DNA of 64,000 nt from Paramecium tetraurelia (GCA_000165425.1 CT868319.1:248001-312000); one strand, 5' to 3'; counted from the stretch's first letter, positions 39,471 to 55,007 are shown. The notes: generated from the sequence alone by a model not told the origin. Translations and numbers: made by a program.

Positions 39471-39663
39471 TAATTGAAAATATTATAAATGCTATTCTAA
39501 AAATATAATTGATTAATTAGAATTGTTATGGCTTTTAATAACTATAACAACTAAATAGATTAATTCTTTTTACAATAATTATTTTATGATTAATATTGAA
39601 ATGTATAACTATATTGATATATTACCACTGAATTTATATATAGGTATATATGAAACACAATTT

Positions 39664-40784
39664 TCACAATAATATTTTATATTTCTCGGTTGTTGGAACT
39701 GTATTTATTATCATGTGACCACTATAACCAATGGATGCCAAAACCCAGGCAGTTCCTCTTGACCAACTTAACCCATAAATAGAGTCTTCGTGTTCATCAT
39801 ACTATTTAACCAAATAGTCGTCTTCCTTATTCAATTAAGGAACAGAGGAAACAGATGTAATATTATATAATGAAATAGTGCCATCATCAACTAAATATAT
39901 AGAAATTCAAATTTACACGATAATGAAACCAATTAGTCATGAAATTTATTAAATTTTGCTTATAAGACTGAATTCTACAAGTCTTCAAATGATTTAATTG
40001 CATATTAGGTTTTACGAATATCCCAAACTTTGGCTAAACAATCCTCACCACCAGTTATGAGATAGTATTATTTATTTGGATTGAAATCTATATCTAATAT
40101 TTAAAGGCTGTGTGCTTTGAATTTGTTTACTCTAATGATGATAATTTGAATTACTTTTTTTCTCTGGTGTCTTAAATGCATAGATAATTGTTTTAGGATC
40201 TAACAAATAAATTCTTATGATGTGGGTCTTATTCGCATAAATTATAGAGATCATTGTCATCAATGATATTGTCAAATGATAATTTATTCAAATCAAATTG
40301 AATAATCGATTTATTGGAACTCAAATAGATATTTGATTCATCTTCTGGACAAATGACACTATGATATTAAATAAAAAGTAATACTTTGTTAATCCTTCAT
40401 ACAATAAATCGAAATTTACTTGATATCTTCCATTTTCAGCTAATTCGATGCAACAAAGCTTTGTCTTTTTTTGTTATGCTACAATTTAATTATTAATTAA
40501 TACGATCAATGTAGATAACATATAATTACTCCTTTTTTGCTATGATCTTCTCAATCATTCCATTAATTGGTATTTTATGTAATTGTACTATCTTTTATTC
40601 CAATTCTAAATATTCATTCACATAAATCTGTAGATAAATTAAAATTCATTGTTACTTCATTATTTTTCTTAGCATTCCAAGTTCCAACAGCGAATATGTG
40701 TCTCTTGTTGATTACAATATTTGAAACACATCTGCAATTTTATTCACCAAAAGAAATTTACACAGGCTATGTTTATTAATCCAT
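39664..40784 (-). CDS. EIPR1: EARP/GARP-interacting WD40 protein (TSSC1)
   Basis: FAVGT..NNE, ILDIDFNPNKQYYLITGGED, EHEDSIYGLSWS..AWVLASIGYSG..VPTTEKYKILL*. Confidence 0.88.
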
Positions 40785-40960
40785 AAAATTATAATCATTA
40801 ATGAATAGAGTGAATAAATTTTGAACTATTTTTTTTAATTATCATATAAAATTACTAATAATTAATGTTCATGAAAACTATTATCCCAAACTTATTTTAT
40901 CATTGTACAATTTAAATAATGTAAATACTATATAAATATATTTCAGACAATTATAATAAG

Positions 40961-41501
40961 TCAGTTTTGAACATTATTACCTTATTGTTTTTTGTTTTAT
41001 AATTTTTTAGTCACATGCTTTAAAGGCTTATCAGCATGCATTCTCGATTGATGTCTTTTTAGGCCTGCCTAATTTTTACAGTGCTTTTGACAGTCTGGAC
41101 ATTACAAAAATGTAGAACTATCTACATTTTATTTAATTTTCTTAATTTTTTTAGTTTCACTTTATATTGGTTTGGTTCCTTGTTCAATTTGAATGTCTTC
41201 ATCTGTCACCAAACTAATAAGTTAAAAGTATTGGTTACTCAATCTCTACTGGTGACTTGCAATTAGAAGATAGAGAATTGGGTCTCTGAGAATTAAGATC
41301 TTAGATTTAGGGAGCCTCAGTATTTTGCTCTTACAAGACTCTATCTTAATCGAACATAGGAGCAATTTTAATGTGATTAACCTATGCATTAAAGATGTCC
41401 AATCCTTTGGCTAGTCGATCATGTTTTTCAGACAAAGTGGCGCATTATTAATAGAGTTAGGCTAGAGCATTCAAATGAACTGTTAAAGGAACGTATTACA
41501 T
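40961..41501 (-). CDS. Single C2H2 zinc-finger protein
   Basis: CPDCQKHCKNQAGLKRHQSRMH; one 25-nt intron. Confidence 0.78.
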
Positions 41502-41617
41502 AATTTATTACTAAGAGAATTATTGAGGATGTTTTTTTATAATGTGATATCCTTATAATAATTTTCAGGTATTTTTTAAAATTATTGAAACTAATAAGTA
41601 TATATATAAAAGTTGAA

Positions 41618-44600
41618 TCATTTATGATTTATAGCTTCTTGATAGATTTCATAAAACAGTGAAGATTGATTATTTAATAATTCATTTATTGATCCGAATT
41701 CCTTTAATTCCCCTTTGCTTATCACTAGAATTCTATTAATAGATAAAATCTAAATTTACTTATCACAATGTAGAATAGTATTTATTCGATGAGCAATGGT
41801 CAATACTGTACAATCCTTGAATAATCTCTAAATTGTCTATTATATTTTTTGTTCAGTCTCTATATCAATATTGGCTGTGGCTTCATCAATTAAAACTATT
41901 TAACTTTTCTTCAATATTGCTCTTGCAATACAAATCAACTATTTTTCACCTGCACTTAAATTATCACCTCCCTCATTGATAGGTGTATCTAATCCATTCC
42001 TTTCATTAATCAATTACAATAAACAACACTCTTCAATGACCTTCATAACTTCTTCATCACTACAAGTCTCTAAGGGATCTAGATTTTATCTGATTGTTCC
42101 TGTAAAAATTACTGGATCTTAGAGCATAGTAGTAATTGACGATCTCAACTTTTACAATTACACTTTTGAGATATCAACGTCATCAATCTCTATTAAACCT
42201 GACACACCTTCTAGAATTCTTAAAATACTTAGAGTAATTGATGATTTTCCAGCTCCAGTCCTACCTACTATGCCTATCTTCTCTTTAGAATTTACAGAGA
42301 AACTCAAATTTTTCAGAATTAATGGTAGATTATTTCTATAATTAACTGAATAATCAATAAATTTAATTTTGCCTTGATTTGGCCAAGGCTGCTTAACAGT
42401 TGTAATTTCTGCCAAATTTTCTGATTCTATCTTGGTGTATTCCAAACATCTCTCAAAGGATATCATGTTATTTTCTAAGAAACTTAAAGAGTCTACAGTC
42501 TGTTGTACATTTCTATCCAAACTAGCAGCAAATGTCAATATCAACCCTGCAAATGAAGGATTACTAGTGAATAAGATACAATAAGCAATTGCAAAAGTAT
42601 TGACTATTAGACTAGCCAATCCAAGAACTTAGAGAAACCATGAACTTGCTGCTGTCGAGTAATAGACAATTTGTTTATTATTGTCTAATTTCTATGAAAA
42701 CTCTTTCATTACAAAATCAGTCTAACAAAAAGCTCTTATAGTTGTTAATCCCATCAAAGATTAAGTAAAATAACTAAGAATTGGGCTTCTACTAATGAGC
42801 TCTAATCTTTGTAATTCTCGGCTGGCCTTCATATATAATCTTTGGATTTTCAAGCATATATAAAAAAAGATGGTTAAAGGAAAAATGAGTAGGTATGTAC
42901 TAACATAAATACTCAATAAATTATTGCTCAGTATTTGGCTTATCTTGGTGGAAAATTATGCAATATTAATGTGTATTTCAACATCTAGAGAATTAATATC
43001 TTTAGTTAATCTATTCATAATTCTACCCAAGGGCACTCTTTCAAAGAATTAACATTGAGGTGCAAATATTAAGCAGTGGATCATATCATTATGTATTTAG
43101 GAAGAGGATTTTACACTTTATGATACAATCATAACAGCTCTTATATAAGCAAACAAAGATTGTACAACTCCTAGAAACAAAAACACCCAAAAGTAAGTGA
43201 TCTCACTATAATGATCTGATAATGAAACATATCTACTAGTCCATTCAGTTACCCATAAATTAGCTATAATTTAACTGAGTATCCAAATTATCATTACAAT
43301 TAATAGAACAGTTTAATAAACTAAATTCTTTTTGTATTACAAATATTTAACATATACTTCTGAGTCGATTTCTCCTTTCTTCCTTTCCTCAACAGTCATT
43401 AAATCAGATTTATTTTTCTTCTTGTCTCTAATCTACACTTAATTATGATCGATGTCCTTTTCTCCAATCATTTATACAATATTTTTTTACTCTTAGTTCT
43501 CTTACTTCTAAACATCAAATTCAAATTTCTTTTCAATTTCTTGATATACAATATTATTCTGCATCTTCAAATAATCTCCTTCTTCTATGACTTCTCCCTT
43601 TTACATCAAATAAATGTAGTCTGTATGTTTGCAATAATTTAAGGCGTGAGTAATAAGAATTCTTGTTTTACCTTTCAATAAATTCATAAAACAATCTTTC
43701 AATATGAAATTACCAACTTGATCATCTACAGCACTCAAAGGGTCATCCAATAAGAAGATTTCAGCTTTACTATAAATGGCTCTTGCTAAACTTATCCTCG
43801 CCTTTTATCCTCCAGATAAGTTAATTCCTTTCTCTCCTATCATAGTTTGATCTCCATGTACTAATATTTCTAAATCTAAAGTCAAGCATGAATATTTTAT
43901 TGCTTGCTCATAAAGATTCTCTTCAAATGGTTTACCAAACAGAATATTGTCTTAAACTGTTGCATTTTAAATCCATGGCTTCTATCCAACATATGCAATT
44001 GACCCAGTGATATTTATGATTGGCTTATCATCATCCATCTTGTAGATCATCTCTCCTAAAAGTGATTAAATCAAAGAAGACTTCCCAGATCCAACATCTC
44101 CTATTATAGCTACAAACTTCCCCTTCTCCACCTTTATATTAATATTCTTTAGAATTAACTACTCTTAATTACACTCCTTTCTCCAATAAAAGTTGCCTTG
44201 CTCGATCTCCAAAGAAGAATTTGCAACTTTCTTATAATCACAATATAGATCATTCATTAATTCATCGCTATTTAAGAAATCTTGTATCCTTATAAGGGAT
44301 AATTTTGTTTCTAGCAGATCATTCAATGAAATTGGCAATAACTATAGACTGGCTGCTAAAATAGACAACAATCCTATTATGGGAAAAGTCTTACTGGGAA
44401 CTAATTCATTTCCCAACAGCACATACAATCCAAAAGTAAGGCTTAAAATCATTTAAGGAGACAGCCAACCCATAAATACATTTATCGAAAAGTATTATAG
44501 TCTGTCTTTTATAGATTCTAGTTCAATCTCCCTTAACTTGTAGATTTTATTTAAGAAATATTATTCTAGTGCGTTAATTTTAATGAATTTAATTAATTAA

Positions 44601-45525
44601 AATGCTTCTGTTGTAACCTTCACTCTATTATCTTTCGACTTTAACACCTTGGTTTAGGCTTTAACAATTTATCTACCAACGTAACTATTCTAAAATATGC
44701 TCAAAATTATGATTATTATTCCTACAAGCACAGAGATTCCGATTTCCTCATAGATGTAAGCCAACGTAATACCTAATTAAAAGGGATATTTACTCAATTA
44801 TAAAGGGATAATAATCATATTAACCACATTATTGGGAACCTGAATTAGTCGCTATACATCAACTTAAATTAAATTGGCAATTTCTCCTATTGATTTCTCA
44901 GTATTGCTTAACAATGAAATCTTTAGACATTTACTCATTATTTCCAAACTAATTACTGACATTATGTCATATCCATAGATTTTCTTAATTAAATCAATTG
45001 TCTTACCATCATGAATCTAGAATGGGACATTGACAATAAATTAACTATTCTTACCAGTATTACAAGAGAAATAAGCAAAAACGCCTAATAATAATCCTTA
45101 TTTTTCTCAGAAATATATCCAATAATATATTTTGTTAAAAAAGGCATAGCCAATTGACTAAAAAGTACTATAAGTTATATTAAAAATCCTTTTAAAAAAT
45201 ACTCTATGGTCAATCAACAAATATTTACTAAAGTAATATTACAATATCAAATTAACCAAATTGCATTGCCTATTGATATTTAAATGGTAAGAAAATTATT
45301 GATGTCGCACATACGATTATTCAGTAGTCTCTAATTCAGTCATTTCTTTCTCATCCAATTCTGCCTTATACGCTTTCTAAATGGTTCATTCCTATATATT
45401 ACTTCCATTATTGGATAAATCTAAACGAAGAATAATTTTTTAAACCAAGGGGTGGTCCTTTTTATCAATTTTTCTTGGAACGTGATGGTTTGTTGATTAT
45501 CCAAAGTAATTGATGCAGAATCCAT
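41618..45525 (-). CDS. ABC transporter, ABCC/MRP family (full length)
   Basis: NBD1 GDVGSGKSS, NLSGGQKAR, LDDP; NBD2 GRTGAGKSS, LSAGEKQL, DEATAN, IAHR; two TMDs. Confidence 0.95.
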
Positions 45526-45765
45526 TATTTAATTAATTAATTTACTATTTCTACCTAAATTAATTTTTTTATTTCGATTGAATCCGTCTAATGAAATGGT
45601 TTTTGATCTTCTTATATATAAATGAATATAATTCTAAACCTTTAAAAATCAATTAAGAATATAGAAAAGTAAATTACATAAATTTAATAAGAGATTATTA
45701 TTTATTATAAATATATTCTAAATTAAAATTGACTGATATTTATTATTGTGACATTTGAATCAAAT

Positions 45766-47344
45766 TCAGATATGCTCTTTGGATCTTAATTTGGAAGCGG
45801 GTCTTTGTTAAATTAGTAAATATATCATACTCTGTGAATACTTCACTTACAACTTCAAGACCTCTATCTATGAGATTGACGAATTTCTTATCTTCACTAT
45901 AAACCATCAATGATATGAACATGGCTAAGATTGCCAACACTAACAAAAAGATTTCAGTTACAACTGTGGATGATGTCAATCTATTAATACAATTAAATCA
46001 ATCTTACTATTCAAGCAGTTTGCAAATGAATGGAGTAATGGTGATCCCAAAATTTTATAGACAAACAAACAAAGATAAACTTCTGCCATGTGTATTAGGT
46101 TGAGTCAAGTATAACACTCCACTCCAGACTGTTGTATATGACAATGCAAATGACAATCCTAATAAGAGAAGTCCTTCGAATGGTGATTACAAGAGTACTA
46201 AGATATGTGCCCATATGGCCATCAAACCTGAAAAGATTGTCTAAATTATGTTGAATAATAATTACAAGTGAGGATCTTTGCCCATATTTATCGATAACAA
46301 AACCTAATAATGGTGTTATGACTCCTGAAAACAACCACATCAGAGTTACTAATTTCCAGGCTAATGTTTCTCCGTTGTCTATTGCAATCAACCATTTATC
46401 GTACAAGAATTCTTAAGCATAGTCTACTAATACTAATACAGAAGTAGATGCAAAAGAATAGAACCATAATAAATACCAATATATGGAGGGATATTGATTT
46501 TTATTGAAAAATCCAAAATACTTCTCAAAAAATGATTGTGGCAAGATTTCAGATTCAATCTATTCTACAGCCATCTATTCTTCTTAATGATTTAATTAGT
46601 CCACTTATATTTCTTCTCCTTCAATTTGTTATTACTATTAATGTAATGTAGAACTTTTAAGTTTCTCATGATGCTTCTTAAAGTACTTTGCCCCTTTGTT
46701 TAGGATTGTTGACTAAGCATCGACATCTATATCAATAGCAACAATAGACATTAGCATTCCTAATGATGTTGCCAAAATGGCTATGGTATTTGACGCTCCT
46801 ACTGATGTGATTTGAGGAGCAAACCAAATACAAAGTACAAATCCCAACGTATACACGAATTGGTACATACCCAAAACAAAGGTCTAAATATACACAAATA
46901 CAAAATTACCAAATATGTATATTTGTAATATGAACATATAAAGGATGTTAATACTATTAAGAGGGATTCTATTCCCCAACCCAATAGAATTCTTCCAATT
47001 ATAAATACAATTTGACTTCCAGATGAAATACCAAAGGTGACAATAATTTAACCAAGGGCACATAATCCATTTTAAAATATGATGCTTTTTCGATCTCCAT
47101 AGAAATCTCTGATAAGACCAGAGAAGAAAGGTAAAAATGAATTCAATAAAAAGTGCAATGATGTTAACCAAGTTAAGAATTATTTTGGATCATCAATATT
47201 AAATGCTTCTCCAATTTAAGTTTACATTTGAGCAGGTAAAACCAAACAATATGAAGATGCGATCAATCCAAATGATGTCATTAGAACTAAATGCCATTTA
47301 GATTTGTGGGATTGCTTATCCAAATAAAACATATTTTCCTCCAT
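45766..47344 (-). CDS. Major facilitator superfamily transporter (MFSD1-like)
   Basis: Multiple TM helices, GRILLGWGIE, PLLGFVIDKYGQR; stop inferred after a 28-nt intron. Confidence 0.78.
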
Positions 47345-47439
47345 ATTCGTTTTTATAAATTTATATATAAATATGTCAATTACAAATAACAGATAAAGTA
47401 GAATAAACAATTAAACTAATTATCTATTCAATTATATCA

Positions 47440-48236
47440 AAGTCAAGACTTCAATTATTCTTATTACAAATCTCAAAAGAGCTCATATATATTTGAAATT
47501 GAGATCTTTTGAATTTCAATCATAACAGTTAGATCTTAATTTGTTCTTAATTATATAACAAAAAAAATGCCAATTCTTATTGCATCAATACCCTCATGAT
47601 CATTAGACTTATTAATGAATCAAATTAACTTAATATCATTATTCATTTTGACCATGGCTAATTGATGAAGCTTCATATTCATAAAATAACCCTTATCCAA
47701 AAATGGTAAATAATGATGAATCCATCCCCTCCATATAATATAATTGTATCGTAAAATAATAGATATTTTTATTATGTCTAAATTTCTTCAGGATTATTAA
47801 TGTTCGTAAGATAGTTAGCATTATCGGAAACATAAAGTTAAAAAATTTCGTACAATTAATAATTCATCATATGAAGACAGATCTTCTATTCCAGTAGATG
47901 TTCCAATCTGAGTTCTTCATTAATCAAACTCATAGCTCTAATTTATTCTTCTAAGAAGAAGATTGATTCTGTGATAGATGATATTCAATTAATAGCAGTT
48001 AGTGAATGGAATAATTTAGAGAATTAGGATTCCATTGCAATATATTTAATATTGTAAATTTTAGCATTCAATCTTTTTTTAATGGATTATACTACTCATT
48101 TATCTTCTTTTCATTTTTTCTAAGCAGAAAACAAATGATTAATATTTTATAGAATTTGCATTTATATTCTAGCTCTGCATCAAGATTGATCATAGTCTCG
48201 CCAAAAGGGATTTAATTTGATGTCTTAATATTTCAT
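47440..48236 (-). pseudogene. Degenerate gene remnant
   Basis: Short coding-like frames interrupted by TGA and frameshifts; limits approximate. Confidence 0.3.
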
Positions 48237-48263
48237 TTTTATATAATAAATATTTTTATTAAA

Positions 48264-48530
48264 ATGGCTGAATTCAGTTCTTTGAAAAGGAAGTTTGAAA
48301 GTCTAAGGATAGTTGATGATGAATCTCCTAAAACAATAAAAAAAACCTTAATCTAGGATGCTGATTTGTATCTATTGGGAAAAAAGATTTAATCCATTCA
48401 TTTAGTTTAGCCTTTGCAATAAGTCATAAAGAAACCGGATATCTATTAGGCTTGCTTCTTTAAGAAGGACGGTTACAACCCTTTTTTATATATTGATCGA
48501 CCTATCACAAAGGAAAAGGATGAGTCGTGA
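48264..48530 (+). CDS. 88-aa hypothetical protein
   Basis: MAEFSSLKRKFESLRI...DGYNPFLYIDRPITKEKDES*. Confidence 0.7.
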
Positions 48531-48863
48531 TATATATTATTATAAATGATATATATATACTTTATTAGGCTAAAAAAAATAGAAAATACTTTCTATTCAA
48601 AAGCGATTAAAGCTATATTCATTTATAATTGAAAATTATGGGTGTAAGTTAATAGAGAATATTTCAACCTTTTAATTAATGCTTTGATTAAAGTTAATAT
48701 ATAGTATTAAATATTTATAAAAAATATTATGAAATGTAAAATAGAAAATGGAGTTACGCTTCTTGTTATTTAATGAAATAGTGAAGACTTAATTAAATAT
48801 ATATATATTCGTAAGTGTTTTACTTTTAATTAATTATAATATAATATATATAATTCTAATAAA

Positions 48864-49296
48864 ATGGAACAATTTGAACAATAAAATGAAAATGAAAACT
48901 AAGAAGAAGTTAGTGGAACAGTCAAAAAGAGAATAAAGAAAGTTTAAGCAAAGAAAAAAGTATCAAATGAAGAGCCTCCTGAAGATTGCAGTATCTGCTA
49001 TCAAGAAATAATTGATAAAGTAAATTGACTTTTTTAAATGATAGGGTATTATTCAGACATGTAAGCACTCCTATTGTTTCAAATGCATAGAGGTATGGGC
49101 TAAATAAAAGTAAACTTGTCCTTAGTGTAGAATGAACTTTAATTAGATTAAAAGAGTGCGAAAATATGGAAGGGGAAGAAGATAAAAAATGTATAGTTAT
49201 CGATCAGATGATTACAAGATTTATCATCTAATTTCTCCTAATTCTATATTTCATTAATTCATAAACTAGTTGCTTAACATGCCCGAAGAATATTGA
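48864..49296 (+). CDS. C3HC4 RING finger protein
   Basis: CSIC...CKHSYCFKCIEVW....TCPQCR; one small intron. Confidence 0.85.
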
Positions 49297-49607
49297 TCTA
49301 AATTATTTGGGGATTAAGAATGAATTAAATAAACATAATGGTATTTTTACTATTTGTATAATCTAATGTGTTATAATTATTTTTGCATATTCTTTTTTAT
49401 TAAATTTTATACTTGATTGTTATTAATAATAAAATTATATGGTAATTATTAGAAATCAGAATATAATTAAGAAGTAAGTGAATTAATAATAAAATAAACC
49501 ATTATTATATCATAATGAATTTTTAGACTAAATTTTGACTTAGATAATGTTAGTTTTTGATTATAATTAATATTTAGTCATTAAAAAATCGGTTATATTA
49601 AACCTAT

Positions 49608-51402
49608 TCAAGATTATTTAAGTAATTCATTATCAATTTTAGGTTAGGTTCGATTGAAAATAGACTGATCTTGTGATGTTGACTTTAATAATAATATTTG
49701 AGATGCTTAATTAGTTGAATGATTTTAATCCACAAACTTCTTTAATTTCCCTATCAATTAATATTGAGGTAATTTATGAGATTGAGGCGGTTCGTCTTCA
49801 AATATCATATCTCCAAAGTCACCTTCTAAATTTCTAATTGAAATGAATTTTTCACTATCTTTAAATTATTCTTGTATAGATTGCATCATAGCATACTATG
49901 GTGTATATATGAAGGCATCTTATTTGTTGTTTACAATAGATATTTATGCAGTACAGAATTCAGGTATACCACAGCTAAAATATTTCATATATCCACAACT
50001 CCCAATATCATTTGAACTTGATTTAGTGATTTCTTTTTTAGATTACCCTTATTCTGCATTATTATTCAATTCTAGGTATCTTTACCCATCTAAATTGATC
50101 TAAAACCATTCTTATTTCAACGCTTCATTAGGATTAGGTCTTTGTGATGGTCGACGATGGAGTAATAATTTTAATAATTGTAGACCTAAATTACAATTCA
50201 AATATACATTATGTGGATACTATTGATTCGATAGATTGATAATCAACCTTGCAATTAAAGTTTTTCATTACTATCTCATCATACGAGGATCCCTTGAATG
50301 GTGATTTGCCAGTCAATAATAAATACATTAAACATCCAACACTAAAGATGTCCACTTTAGAATCATAAAGTTTGTCTTACAATACCTCAGGAGCCACAAA
50401 TCCAGGAGTACCACACCTTTAAAACATATAGTTTCCAAAAGGATCACAAAAATCAGCCAATCCAAAATCAGTAATTACTATGTCTTCCAAAACACCTTTT
50501 TTCCTTAATATCATATTTTCTGGTTTAAGATCTCTGTGGAGTATATTATTCTTATGCAGATACTCTAAGGATTTCAATATTGTTGCTATGACTCCGGCTA
50601 CAATATTTTCTGGCAATTTTTAATTTTTTTTAATATGCTGGTATAATTCTCCCCCTTATAAATAATCTTGAACTAAATAGATGTGTGTCTCATCCTCATA
50701 TACTTCATGCAATTTTATTAGTCCTTTGTAATTCAACTTTCTCAGAATGGATATTTCTTTTAATAAAGCCAACCTATCCGTTTCAGTGTTTATCATCTTA
50801 CTTTTTTCGAAAACTTTTACAGCAAAATACAATTTGTCAGATTTTTTGTTACAAAGATACACCTAAAAAATCGAAGAACATTCAATTACTTTAGCAAAGT
50901 TTCCTTTCCCAATCATTTTTTAAATATCATAATCTTATTTGAATGTTATCTGAAGAGACTATTTTTTTAATTCTTCCCAAATTTTTTGGTTTATTTCTTA
51001 TGATCTTGAATAGAATTCTCTACATCTCTAATTTCTAGTAATTCTGATCCCATACTTCTTCTAAAATGTCATAGATAACAAATTTTTACTCTATTACAGC
51101 TCTCCTTTTCCTGATCATTTTTATATATAATTTTCTCTATTCTACTCTTATTAAGATTGATCTGATGTTATGTTTTATGATTTGGCTTGCATATAAATTT
51201 ATATTATTACTCTAAGCTTGATTAATTTAGAATCATAAATTGCATAGTTTCTGCTTACCCAAATTCCAGTTTTTTAACTTTTCTCAAAGAAGATAAACTG
51301 ATGTTCAATTTTGTCATTATTTATTTAGGATATTGACTTTTCCCAAAAGGATGAATCAATTGTTTGTTCATCAAAAAATGACCTATCTATTTTAGATTAC
51401 AT
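49608..51402 (-). CDS. CAMK-group kinase with N-terminal PH-like region
   Basis: [38 protein letters not shown]. Confidence 0.92.
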
Positions 51403-51434
51403 TAATAATTAAATATATTTTTAGTAATTATAAG

Positions 51435-52665
51435 TCACTATTTCCTATTTCCGATTCGAGAATTAATCATCTCATTTAAAATCTCCAATTTCTGGGTCAT
51501 CATCTTATTGAATTGTTCATTCTCACCTTTAACACTACCCCTACTCAACGGTTCTTTCACTTAAGATGGAGTCTCTACTTTTTTTAATTGATTCCGAAAC
51601 TAACTCAACGGAGTTGATTACTCTTCTTCAACTGTGGCTTCAATCAAAGGTTCTGCCGATAAATATTTCTTATTCTTAGGAGAAGGGGATTTCACTTAGG
51701 CCTTGTCCAAATTATGAATAATAGAATAAAGTGTTCTCCCAATTTATCTACTAACCTCGTATTGAAAATTATCATATTGAAATTGAATATTATCATCAAT
51801 TTGTTAGGATTACTGAATCCTTTCATATTCCAATGAAATGGACTTCTTTGCTTCAGCTAAATTTGCTTTATTTAAAATGCAATCCTTAAACTTTTGAATA
51901 CTTTCATTAAAAATAAGTTGCATCTCTTCGCAAATAGAATTGATCATAGTTTAAATAGTGTAAGCTTCTTCATTTAAGTTAGGAATTGATTCGGACTTCT
52001 CTCTTCTATATGAATTATTTGTAAACTTTGTTTAAGTTGACTTCATTGAATTAATATTGGATTATTGCTTTGGTTTGAATTTATCTGGCTATTTCACTCT
52101 GACTTCTTCTATTTGCAATGTCTGTATCATAAACTATAGAGTATCATAGTCCTTGCAAACATCAAATACTGTATCTTGATTCTATAATAATATGATAAAA
52201 TACAATTATACTTTATTTAACAGTTAGATATTAGCTTTGGCATTCAATAATAATGCCACTGTCTCCAAATTTCCTCTCTAAGCTGCAATCATCAAAGGAG
52301 AAAATCCTTTCTTGAATATTCAAAATTAAATACTTTGTCCTACTAATTTACATCAGCACCATGGTTCAACAGAAAATCAGCAGTTCTGCGATAATTGTAA
52401 AATGAACAGATCCACAATGGAGATTGATTTAACTATATCAACCTTTATAAATTACTCTATTTGTCTTATTTATATCTGCTCCTTGAGTAATCAATTTCTC
52501 GATCATTGGACCATCATTCTTACGACAAGCAATTGTCAAACAGGTTTGTCCTGACTTTGCATTTTCAACATCTATCATATTCGGATATTGTTGGAGTATT
52601 TCAATAACTTTATTAACATTCCCTTATTCAACCTTTAAAAATAAGACCTAAGCAGTGCTATTCAT
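51435..52665 (-). CDS. Ankyrin-repeat protein
   Basis: GQTCLTIAC, QSPLWICS..LLNHGADVN, GFSPLMIAA.RGNLETVALLL. Confidence 0.85.
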
Positions 52666-52695
52666 TGATATTATATTGAAATTATATATATAAAT

Positions 52696-53804
52696 TCAAT
52701 CAGTAATAATAGATTCCCCTTTATGAATCCATCTAACCCTCTTTCCTTATTCCCAAATTCCTTGCTTCTCTACATTCGAATCCCCTATATAAATTCCTGA
52801 CCCATGCTATTTTCCATTCTACCATTATCCTCGATAAATCTAATAATCAACATCAACAGCATACTCGTCCATCTGGCCATTTAAATTCTCCATATCCATC
52901 CTTTTTATCATTTTTATATTCTCCATTATATCTCCTACCGTCTATCCATGTGAAAAACTATTGCTCAAAATATATATATACTCCTTGCCCATCCATTTTG
53001 TTGTTCTTCCACGTTCCTATATACTTTCTACCATCGAACCAAGTGTACTCCCCATAACCCTATATCAGATTATTATCAAAATCTCCAATATATTTAGATC
53101 CATCTTTCCATTGGAACTCTCCGTTGCCATGTTTCTTGCCCATTAAGTATTGACCCTTAAAAATAGAGTTGTCAGGCCACGTTTCGATGCCTTCTCCATG
53201 CTATTTGTCATCTACCCATTAACCTACATATTTTGCGCCATCTGCGTGAATATAGGTTCCCCTATTATCCATAATAAATTACATATCCATTGGCTTTATC
53301 ATTCTGCCATTCTCCTATATAAACATCTCCACCACAATGAATCAGTCTACCTATACCTTAAGCAGAGTTCTTTTGCCATTAACCTTCATATATTGATCCA
53401 TCTATCCATATTTGGGTACCATAACCATGTTTCAATCCATTTTTATATTAACCGTAATAGACTGTTTAATCATTATACTCATAAGGGCCTAATTTAGGCA
53501 AATCTAGTTCTGACATTTCTTCAAATGGTCCTTATTCATCAAGTACTTTTTTTGTTTTTTCAGTAAGATAATTAGGCATTCTGGATAGTTTAGCAACCAA
53601 AGTCAAAGGGGCATGTTCATTATTACTATGATATTAATTTTTCATAGATTTCATGTCTTTTCTAACCTTAATTCCTCTGAAATAAGATTGAATTTTGATA
53701 GCTGCTCTATCAACTTAAAGAGAGCTATTTTATTAGTCTGTAACTAAAATAATTTATGGATTCTGTTTATCTAGCATTTAATTCCCATTACAGCAATTTC
53801 CCAT
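52696..53804 (-). CDS. IQ-motif + MORN-repeat protein, predicted dual acylation
   Basis: [27 protein letters not shown] repeats, small introns. Confidence 0.88.
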
Positions 53805-53839
53805 TATATTTTTAATATAATCTTATATAACAGTCAACA

Positions 53840-54947
53840 TCATTATAATAGTAATGAAAATAAATTTTCAACAAAATTGTGCTTCACACAAAAATTTGTG
53901 ACCTCCTTAGCAAACATTTCAAATCTGAAAGTGCCTCCTCTTTCCTCCATGATGATTAAGACAGGAGCAACAATTTGTAACATTTCATAACTCATTTATG
54001 ACAAGTCAACTTATTCAGTATTCAATTCTCCCTTTTGTTCCTTATCAAGCATATTAAATAGCTTCATCAATGAGGCTCTCCAAACCTATTAAACGACGCT
54101 TTGATCAGCACATGGTAAATTCAATACATAAGAATTATTATTACTAGATTTGTTATCCTAATTATAATACTCTGGAGTCTTATTATAAATGTCCTTGTAA
54201 GTCTTGCTCACACTCTTTTCATTTAAAATCTCATGAGATCTCTGAGTAGTTTTTGGATGATATGTGAATGACTTATTTTGTTGGTCTTAAGAGTGTTATT
54301 TCTGCATTCTCAACTCTTGTAACTTGATTTACTTCTCTTTGCCATAATTGAGCAACCTTTGTTCTACACTATTATCCTAGCGTTTTTGTTTCTATATATA
54401 TTGTATCATGGCTCTTACGACAATCTATTCAGAATTTTTATTGATTTGGGGAGTGAATGTCAACTCGTTCTCATCTACAGGCTTCTATTATCTGATTTCT
54501 CTAGCGCTCTTGTCCCTCATCATCTTGCTAACTAAAAATAAATTCATAATTTACTATCTTATGAGATATCTCTATAATGTGATCTACTGCTTACTAAAGG
54601 ACTCTTCTTTTAACAACTTTGAGTTGAAATCTAACTATTCTATTTATAAGGAGTTGAATTAGTTGAATTTCTGAAATAATTTGATTTCTAATCATGGATC
54701 ACCTTTTATTCAATATTTATAGTGTGTTGTGCTTATTATTTATGTTACGATATGCTATCAATCAACTTTAATAGATATCGTCCAGGAAGGTCATGTTTTG
54801 ATGCAAATGCTATCCCCAAATCTCGGGGATCATCTCTTTCATAAATGTATATCTAATCTCTCTCATCTTGTGTGATCTCTACTGTCTATAATCAATCATT
54901 CTAAATTGTACCATGATCGCTAACAAAGTCCCATTATTATTTTGCAT
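53840..54947 (-). CDS. Ciliate coiled-coil protein with C-terminal EF-hand-like motif
   Basis: IYIYERDDPRDLGIAFASKHDL N-domain; FTPQIN; LFNMLDKEQKGEL. Confidence 0.7.
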
Positions 54948-55007
54948 TTTAATATAATATTAATCCAATTTAGATTTTATATTCATTTCTATAATAATCA
55001 ATCAAGA

